IMG/VR virus record: IMGVR_UViG_3300035542_000071
Location: 1 to 31,492 of that record
DNA from: a virus
Lineage: Duplodnaviria; Caudoviricetes
Reading direction: 5' to 3' (one strand)
DNA length: 31,492 bases
Each line of letters opens with the position of its first letter. Position 1 is the stretch's first letter. Below the pieces are notes generated by a model, which did not search any database, was not told the origin of the DNA, and was given only the letters and a program-made list of their open reading frames with translations. Positions 25,711-31,492 of this stretch are shown here, in pieces. The translations under genes and the position numbers were made by a program.

Positions 25711-26946
25711 TTATTTATTTTCAGGGAGGTCACTGTAGCGGTATTCTTTGCCATCACGCAGGAGATAGACTTCATCTGAAGTCTGTGCTCCAGAAATAAA
25801 CCTTTCGACTATAACATCACAAAACTTCTCATCAAGCTCAATGGTGTGGCAGATTCGCTGGGTCTGATCACAGGCAATAAGCGTACTGCCAGAACCGCCA
25901 AATGGATCGAGGACGATGCAATTGCTAAGACTTGAATTAAGGATTGGATGGGCCACAAGAGCCACGGGCTTCATTGTTGGATGAGAGCCATTCTTCTTAG
26001 GTTTTTCAAACTCCCATATAGTCGTTTGCTTCCTATCGGCGTACCAGTTGTGCTTGCCTTTCTTCTTCCATCCAAAGAGCACCGGTTCATGCTGCCACTG
26101 GTATGGAGACCTACCAAGGACAAGGGATTGCTTTTTCCAGATACAGGTGCCGGAGAGGTAGAAGCCAGCTTCAGCAAATGCCTTTCTAAAGTTAAGCCCT
26201 TCCGTATCTGCATGGAAAACATAGATGGAGGAGTCCTGGGTCATGACAGCTTCTGTATTGGTAAAGGCCGCCAGAAGGAATTCATAGAAAGCAGAATCAC
26301 CCATGTTGTCGTTTTTGATTTTACCGGCAGAGCCTTCATAGTTTACATTGTAAGGGGGATCCGTCACCACTAGGTTTGCCAGCTTTCCATCCATAAGTAG
26401 CGTGAAGGTTTCTGCCTTGGTGGAATCACCACAGACCAGTCTATGGGGACCCAGCTTCCAGACGTCACCAAGTTTTGTCATGGCGGGTTTTTCCAGCTCT
26501 GCATCCACATCAAACTCATCATCGTGAATGCCATCTTTCAAGGAATCCTTAAATAGGTCATCCAGTTCAGAGGGATCAAAACCTGTAAGGGAAACATCAA
26601 AGTCTGCGCCTTGGAGATCAGCAATAAGAAGAGCTAACTTATCCTTATCCCAGTCACCAGAAACTTTGTTCATTGCAACGTTTAGTGCTTTTTCCTGTTC
26701 GGTGTTGAGATCTACCATAACGCATTCTGCTTCCTTTTGTCCTAGATGCTGAAGCACACTAAGCCTCTGATGGCCTGAAATCACAGTGTTATCATTATTC
26801 GCATTAACGACGATAAGCTCCACATATCCAAAATTCTCAATGGAGGCTTTTAGCTTTTCAAACTCTGGATCTCCAGGCTTTAGTTCTTTTCTAGGATTGT
26901 AGGCTGCCGGATTCAGATCTGATAGTTTTATTTTTTGTATATTCAT
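25711..26946 (-). CDS. ParB-domain-fused N6-adenine/N4-cytosine DNA methyltransferase (beta class)
   Basis: YNPR...SGHQR ParB-like N-terminus. DPPY precedes HPTMKP and DPFGGSGST. The start is 26946 (ATG) or 26955 (GTG). Confidence 0.92.
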   Translation of the reverse strand: MNIQKIKLSDLNPAAYNPRKELKPGDPEFEKLKASIENFGYVELIVVNANNDNTVISGHQRLSVLQHLGQKEAECVMVDLNTEQEKALNVAMNKVSGDWDKDKLALLIADLQGADFDVSLTGFDPSELDDLFKDSLKDGIHDDEFDVDAELEKPAMTKLGDVWKLGPHRLVCGDSTKAETFTLLMDGKLANLVVTDPPYNVNYEGSAGKIKNDNMGDSAFYEFLLAAFTNTEAVMTQDSSIYVFHADTEGLNFRKAFAEAGFYLSGTCIWKKQSLVLGRSPYQWQHEPVLFGWKKKGKHNWYADRKQTTIWEFEKPKKNGSHPTMKPVALVAHPILNSSLSNCIVLDPFGGSGSTLIACDQTQRICHTIELDEKFCDVIVERFISGAQTSDEVYLLRDGKEYRYSDLPENK

Positions 26947-27551
26947 ATCAAACACATCAACCTTTCTTTTATCAATAAGCGAGCTATTTGCCAGTCTCCG
27001 ATAATTTCATTCACTTTCTTACCTTCATGTTCAACAGTTCTATGACATGAGGAACATAAGGTCACAAGATTATCGATGTCTCTCGATCCATTAGCACTAA
27101 CGGGAATAATATGATGAACATTAAGGTTCTCTTTAGTACCACATCGACGACAAACTTGGCCTTGTTTGATTGTGGCACTCAATTTATTCCACTCATAATC
27201 ATATGGACCATAGGTGCGCTTTTTTATTGCATTATTACGCAGAACATGAATCATTCGTTCACGCTGTTCATCACTATATTCATTCCATCTCAGAGATGTG
27301 GCTTCTCCGATCTTCTTCTTAGTTTCTTTTGAGTGATAGTCAGAGCCTAATCTTTTCTTTCGTGCTTTCAACCCTTCACTCACTTTTTTTCTAAAATGAG
27401 GGTCTTTGTTTTTCTCAACTATATCTTTACGTGTTTTTTGCCATACATTCTGACAAGCAACTGAACAGAAGAAGTGTGATGGAATTTTATGTGCAGCATA
27501 TCTTCTTGAATTTTCCTGCCCACATGTTTCGCAAACATAATGAATCTTCAT
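26943..27551 (-). CDS. Free-standing HNH endonuclease with Zn-finger and NUMOD3-like segment
   Basis: CETC...CSVAC, HSKETKKKIGEA, CRRCG...VHHIIP...NLVTLCSSCH. Confidence 0.85.
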   Translation of the reverse strand: MKIHYVCETCGQENSRRYAAHKIPSHFFCSVACQNVWQKTRKDIVEKNKDPHFRKKVSEGLKARKKRLGSDYHSKETKKKIGEATSLRWNEYSDEQRERMIHVLRNNAIKKRTYGPYDYEWNKLSATIKQGQVCRRCGTKENLNVHHIIPVSANGSRDIDNLVTLCSSCHRTVEHEGKKVNEIIGDWQIARLLIKERLMCLI

Positions 27552-28729
27552 ATCTCTTCACGCTCTACATTGAATTTCTCCGCCGCCTTTCTTAGGTTTA
27601 AATTGAAATCCACGTTCTCCCATGGGAAGAGCGAGGAATTGAAGTGGCCATAGGTTGCTGTGTCTGAATAAATTGCATTTCTGAGGCGCAGCTTTTCAAT
27701 GATGGCCGCTGGTCTCAAGTTAAAGATCTCTTTTACCAGTTCACTTAAATCCTCGTCATTGATTTTTCCCGTACTAAAGGATGTCACATTAACTGCCACA
27801 GGGTTTGCTTTACCTATGGCATAAGAAATAGCGACCTCGCATTTATCAGCAAGCCCGCTCCAAACAATATTCTTAGCAATGTACCTGGCCATATAGGCAC
27901 CGCTTCTATCAACCTTAGTTGGGTCCTTTCCGCAGAGTGCGCCGCCGCCATGAGAAGCTAGACCACCATAGGTGTCGACCATGATCTTTCTTCCAGTAAG
28001 TCCAGTGTCAGCAGCAGGACCACCCTCAACAAATCTGCCTGAAGGATTAATGAGTATTTCAGTTTCATTATCCAGTGGGAAATCCTCGAAGCACTGCCAG
28101 AGCACGTTGTTTAAGATATCTGATTCTAGCTGCTTTTGGGTTTTATCATCGTGGTGCTGAACAGAAACTACCACAGTCTTAACGCGGATAGGTTTATCCC
28201 CATCATACTCAACAGTAACCTGTGCTTTACCATCGGGGAGGATACCCTTGATGATTTTTCCTTTGCGACATTCATCAATACGCTTTACGATTCTATGAGA
28301 GAGAAGTAAAGGTAGAGGCAACAGTTCACGGGTTTCGTTGGTAGCATATCCATAGACAGTGCCTTGATCACCAGCACCGATGGAACCATAAGGATCAATA
28401 ATTCCATTTCTAGCTTCAAGTGCTGTATCTACACCAGCAGCAATATCTACACTCTGATGATGTACAAACACAAATACTGTAAATTTCCAAGGACTGTATC
28501 CCACCTCGCGAAGTACATTTTTTACGATAAGGCGGATGTTAATTTTTTCGCTGCAGGTGATCTCGCCCGCCACGATGATTTTCCCTTTAGTAGCCATGAC
28601 CTCACAGGCCACACGTGAAGCTTTGTCTCTGCGAAGGCAATCATCCAATATGCTATCAGCGATTAAATCAGAAAGCTTATCAGGATGTCCCTTGCAGACA
28701 CTTTCCGCGGTTCTGTAGTTTTTACTCAT
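27548..28729 (-). CDS. metK: S-adenosylmethionine synthetase (phage-encoded)
   Basis: ESVCKGHPDK, GAGDQG, PDGKAQVT, INPSGRFVEGGP..DTGLTGRK, GGGALCGKDPTKVDRS. Confidence 0.96.
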   Translation of the reverse strand: MSKNYRTAESVCKGHPDKLSDLIADSILDDCLRRDKASRVACEVMATKGKIIVAGEITCSEKINIRLIVKNVLREVGYSPWKFTVFVFVHHQSVDIAAGVDTALEARNGIIDPYGSIGAGDQGTVYGYATNETRELLPLPLLLSHRIVKRIDECRKGKIIKGILPDGKAQVTVEYDGDKPIRVKTVVVSVQHHDDKTQKQLESDILNNVLWQCFEDFPLDNETEILINPSGRFVEGGPAADTGLTGRKIMVDTYGGLASHGGGALCGKDPTKVDRSGAYMARYIAKNIVWSGLADKCEVAISYAIGKANPVAVNVTSFSTGKINDEDLSELVKEIFNLRPAAIIEKLRLRNAIYSDTATYGHFNSSLFPWENVDFNLNLRKAAEKFNVEREEI

Positions 28730-28750
28730 ATCATTATCTCCTATCTGTTC

Positions 28751-29302
28751 TTATTTGCCCCTACGAGCAGAAAGAAGCCTTTCCATCACATCATCCTGAG
28801 GATTTGCTCCTTTGTAATCGCCTGTGCAGTTTTCTTTTACAATCTGGAATATCTCAAACCACAGACGATTGGTCTGGTTCATGTAGTTCTGACCCATGGA
28901 TACATAAGGGCTTTGAATGGCGTTTCCTGTGGTGGGGTGTTTTGCAAGAAAACCATATTCAGTAATGGCTTCTTCACACTGAATCCAACGAGCAACACTC
29001 ATGGCATACCTTTCGAGGAGCTGTGGGGAAACCAGAGCAGCACAGCCACGCTTATCCAGCCACTGCCATGTGGCTTTATATATTTCACCTGCCACCAGAG
29101 CCTTACCATCTTTTTGAATGGCTTCTAGCATTTTATTTGGTTCAGGCATTTCTTGTCCTTCAAGATCTGCCGTATCGGAAAACTCCATCACAGTCAGTTT
29201 CCTGCCACCAAGATTTCCTTCGGCTATTTTGTCAGCCAGAGGTTTCTTTTTTGCCCCTGCACCAACACGAGCGCCACCTCTGTTCGTACCGTCTTTTGCC
29301 AA
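28751..29302 (-). CDS. terS: Terminase small subunit (P27 family)
   Basis: MAKDGTNRGGAR.GAG, LLERYAM, HPTTGNAIQSPYV, DDVMERLL. TTG start with GGAGG RBS. Confidence 0.85.
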   Translation of the reverse strand: MAKDGTNRGGARVGAGAKKKPLADKIAEGNLGGRKLTVMEFSDTADLEGQEMPEPNKMLEAIQKDGKALVAGEIYKATWQWLDKRGCAALVSPQLLERYAMSVARWIQCEEAITEYGFLAKHPTTGNAIQSPYVSMGQNYMNQTNRLWFEIFQIVKENCTGDYKGANPQDDVMERLLSARRGK

Positions 29303-29334
29303 TGATCACACCTCCTTTACAAAGTGGGGGCTAT

Positions 29335-29420
29335 ACCCCCGTTTGAATCTGCGTTTTTTAACACGACACCCCAGCCCGCTGTCCAAAAATTTTAGTTGTA
29401 GAGATCATACCTCCCCCATA
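29335..29420. other. Putative cos (packaging) region
   Basis: Lies between the packaging HNH and terS. GACA-CCCCAGCCCGC-TGTC dyad at 29365-29383, flanked by G/C runs and A/T tracts. Confidence 0.5.
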
Positions 29421-29442
29421 GATCATAAATTGAAAATATACA

Positions 29443-29471
29443 TTGACAAAATTATCGTAACTACATATAGT
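29443..29471 (+). promoter_or_regulatory. Near-consensus sigma-A promoter for the plus-strand moron
   Basis: TTGACA-17 nt-TATAGT. Confidence 0.8.
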
Positions 29472-29544
29472 TATCTTATGAGATGCTAATGAGATACTCA
29501 TTAGAAAACCGGTAGTAATTGTAACAATATACTAAAAGGAAAGG

Positions 29545-29832
29545 ATGATTAACATGGCACAAGCAAGAGTAGTGGTTATCAATGAAACAAAGCTTGGGAA
29601 ACCCGGAGAATGGAACCTTTGTTTTCAATATTGTCGTTACGAATACGGAGATGATGACAATACAGAAGAGAATGGCTATCGCTTCATTTGGAGAAAACCT
29701 GATGGAAGTCTTCAAGGAGCTCGAGGGCAAGCGCGTATTCCTTCTATTTCAGACATTCAATACCTAACCGGCAAAGCTCTAGCTGAAGGTTGGGGGCACT
29801 ATAACAATGGAAATCTAGGTTTTGAGTATTAA
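29545..29832 (+). CDS. Hypothetical 95-aa moron protein (only credible plus-strand gene)
   Basis: Has its own promoter, RBS (AAAGGAAAGGA) and terminator, and fills an otherwise empty gap. WNLCFQYCRY...GYRFIWRKPDGSLQGARGQARIP. The start may be ATG at 29554. Confidence 0.8.
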   Translation: MINMAQARVVVINETKLGKPGEWNLCFQYCRYEYGDDDNTEENGYRFIWRKPDGSLQGARGQARIPSISDIQYLTGKALAEGWGHYNNGNLGFEY

Positions 29833-29840
29833 TTTTTCTA

Positions 29841-29871
29841 GGACGGTCGGCTAAAGCTGGCCGTTTCTTTT
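29841..29871 (+). terminator. Intrinsic terminator of the plus-strand moron
   Basis: GGACGGUCGGC-UAAA-GCUGGCCGUUU followed by CUUUU. The G-U pairs make it plus-strand specific. Confidence 0.7.
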
Positions 29872-30225
29872 ATTCCATCTGCCTCCAGCACTTGCAGTAA
29901 TTCTAGAGTGACATGACTTACAAAGGGCCATCAGGTTACTGGTTTCATTGCCACCACCTTTAGAGAGAGGGAGGATGTGGTGAACTTCTTCAGCAGCTTT
30001 AATCTTTCCGTTCTTATCACACTCCTCACAAAGAGGATGGGCTTTGATGTAACGGTCCCTGATGCGTTTCCAGGACCTGCCATAGCGCTTGTTAGATGCA
30101 GGGTCACGTTGGTACTGGTTATAGCGTTTTGTTACCACTTTCTTATGCTCGGCGCAGTACTCTCCGCTGTCTGCAAGCCGACCGCAGCCAGGGTAAGCAC
30201 AAGGACGCTTAGGTTTGTATGGCAT
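29851..30225 (-). CDS. Packaging-associated HNH endonuclease (HK97 gp74-like)
   Basis: MPYKPKRPCAYPGC, HPLCEEC, EVHHILPLSKGG...NLMALCKSCH. First late gene, upstream of terS. Confidence 0.9.
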   Translation of the reverse strand: MPYKPKRPCAYPGCGRLADSGEYCAEHKKVVTKRYNQYQRDPASNKRYGRSWKRIRDRYIKAHPLCEECDKNGKIKAAEEVHHILPLSKGGGNETSNLMALCKSCHSRITASAGGRWNKRNGQL

Positions 30226-30250
30226 GAGTTCACCTCCTTTAGGGCATAAG

Positions 30251-30282
30251 AAAAGCCCTCGTGGGTTTTCCCATTAAGGCTT
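30251..30282 (-). terminator. Terminator-like hairpin in the late-operon leader
   Basis: AAGCCUU-AA-UGGG-AAAA-CCCA-CG-AGGGCUU followed by UUCUU. Confidence 0.55.
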
Positions 30283-30302
30283 GTTTACATTATTATCTCT
30301 CA

Positions 30303-30353
30303 ATTATAGCGTACTAAAAAAAACAACTGCACTCAAGTGGACTCATGTGGACT
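30303..30353 (-). promoter_or_regulatory. Late promoter: three tandem 10-bp repeats plus TATAAT
   Basis: AGTCCACATG-AGTCCACTTG-AGTGCAGTTG, then 15 nt, then TATAAT. No consensus -35. Confidence 0.7.
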
Positions 30354-30356
30354 TTA

Positions 30357-30995
30357 CTATCCTCTTTGAAGTTTTCTACTTTTAAGCACCGCGTTGATAC
30401 CAGGGATTAGCTTGGTCACATTCTTATTGATGTTATCTGTTGTAATTCTGATCATCTCCCAACCTTCACCAAGTTTATTGGTAATGACCTCATCTCGGAT
30501 GCTCTCATATTTTTGTCTGTCTTTCCCATGATAAATCTTGCCATCAATCTCAAGGGCAACTTTCATCTCAGGCAAAATGAAGTCAACAGAGTAGTCGAAG
30601 ATTTTCACCTGGTGGAACGCTTTAACGTTACGACGGATAAGTTCAAGTGCCACCATTATTTCTTCAGTACTCTGATACCACCCAGTCTTGTTCAGGCTCT
30701 CTTCTACAAGACGGATGGCATCCTTGTAGTGTTCAATGCCGGTGATTTTTGAGATCCTTTTTATGGCGTTTTGCAGCTTCATCTGTTTCTTATCCGTACT
30801 GATCACTTCCCCTTCTTCTCGCGCCTGCCGAACCAGTTCAGCCCTGCAGTCCTTGCAGGTATATTTAGTACCACGAGTGTATGTCCAACTATAAACAGGT
30901 GTAGCGCAGATATGGCAAGGTGGATAATAACAATTGGAATCTCTACCATCCTTACCTACGGTTATTCCGTCTTCTATTGCTTCATGCCATCCCAT
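30357..30995 (-). CDS. Zn-finger + DUF559/Vsr-like endonuclease
   Basis: CHIC...CKDC, S.EE, Q.KIFDYSVDF, LEIDGKIYH, RD...GWEMIRI. Start MGWH. Confidence 0.78.
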   Translation of the reverse strand: MGWHEAIEDGITVGKDGRDSNCYYPPCHICATPVYSWTYTRGTKYTCKDCRAELVRQAREEGEVISTDKKQMKLQNAIKRISKITGIEHYKDAIRLVEESLNKTGWYQSTEEIMVALELIRRNVKAFHQVKIFDYSVDFILPEMKVALEIDGKIYHGKDRQKYESIRDEVITNKLGEGWEMIRITTDNINKNVTKLIPGINAVLKSRKLQRG

Positions 30996-31419
30996 TCTTA
31001 TTCTCCCTTCCAGCCAATACAGCATCTACAGCTCTAAGCGCTTTACGATGAAGCTTCAGCACCCAGCTTACAGAATAATCAAGGTCGTAAGCAATATCTT
31101 CCCAAGGCTGATATGACAGGTAGCGTTTCTCTAGAATCAGCCTGTATTCAATGTTGTTGACACCTTGGATGATCTCAATAATGTTAATCTTGCACTTCAG
31201 AAGTTTGGCAAGATCATCGTTCAAATTGTTTTTAATATCTATAATCTTACAGACAGCATCTGCCATATGAGATACTGATTTGCTGGGGTTATTAGGCATT
31301 CCATTTATGGCCGAAGTGCAGTTCATAGCCATATTCTCCAGGGATGCCACTTGCTCAAGCTTACTGTTTATTCTTTGATCCAATCGATAGGCTTTACTAA
31401 GATATTCTTTAGCATTCAT
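30982..31419 (-). CDS. RinA/ArpU-like late transcriptional activator (DUF1492-like)
   Basis: MNAKEYLSKAYRLDQRINSKLEQ...LILEKRYL...WEDIAYDLDYS...KLHRKAL sigma4-like HTH. Confidence 0.85.
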   Translation of the reverse strand: MNAKEYLSKAYRLDQRINSKLEQVASLENMAMNCTSAINGMPNNPSKSVSHMADAVCKIIDIKNNLNDDLAKLLKCKINIIEIIQGVNNIEYRLILEKRYLSYQPWEDIAYDLDYSVSWVLKLHRKALRAVDAVLAGRENKNGMA

Positions 31420-31492
31420 TGTTTGACCTCCTCTTTCAGTTTTCGGAGAAGTATCTCCGGTTCTACCGTGGTAAGTTCTCTATACCAATCAG
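31416..31492 (-). CDS. 3' end of conserved hypothetical phage protein (partial)
   Basis: Reads DWYRELTTVEPEILLRKLKEEVKQ-stop, with an ATGA overlap onto the next gene. Confidence 0.65.
   Translation of the reverse strand, partial: DWYRELTTVEPEILLRKLKEEVKQ

Larger units (their letters stand above)
1..31492 (-). mobile_element. Siphovirus-type prophage (HK97-type head, serine-recombinase integration module), extending beyond both window edges
   Basis: Co-oriented terminase, portal, protease, capsid, tail, holin, amidase, DNA polymerase and recombinase genes. No host housekeeping context or att site is visible. Confidence 0.96.

Noticed and set aside
173-31116. Numerous plus-strand ORFs in the ORF track (e.g. 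5636-6295, 16734-17186, 28685-29128)
   Set aside because: They are antisense shadows of well-supported minus-strand phage genes, with no RBS or family motifs. Only 29545-29832 has independent signals.
1-31492. tRNA, rRNA, CRISPR array or IS element
   Set aside because: None was recognised. Intergenic gaps are short and explained by promoters and terminators, and there are no transposase motifs.

Overview
The whole window is part of a Firmicutes (Clostridia-like) siphovirus prophage, with almost all genes on the minus strand. It resembles the phi-m46.1/phiSsUD-type elements that end in a three-gene serine-recombinase cluster. In transcription order (right to left): RinA/ArpU-like late activator; Zn-finger DUF559/Vsr-like nuclease; late promoter with three 10-bp repeats; packaging HNH; an opposite-strand moron; a putative cos site; terS; a ~5 kb insert (metK, free-standing HNH, ParB-fused N6/N4 DNA methylase, five small conserved genes); terL; a DUF2089 moron; HK97-type head genes; tail genes with a -1 frameshifted chaperone; a CopZ-NT/2Fe-2S moron; tape measure; a minimal tail tip with no evident Dit; holin; two Zn-ribbon morons; amidase; a replication block (DUF2800, DUF2815 SSB, NUMOD4-HNH, family A polymerase); a SHOCT-like protein; and three recombinase genes, the last cut by the window edge. 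The most notable non-coding signals are two repeated bipartite motifs. Motif A (35 bp, three copies with identical arms) precedes the recombinases and the small-gene cluster near cos. Motif B (two copies) precedes the replication block and the SHOCT gene. Together they suggest a two-promoter integration/excision and establishment switch. Family names come from motif recognition and recall; no database search was run.
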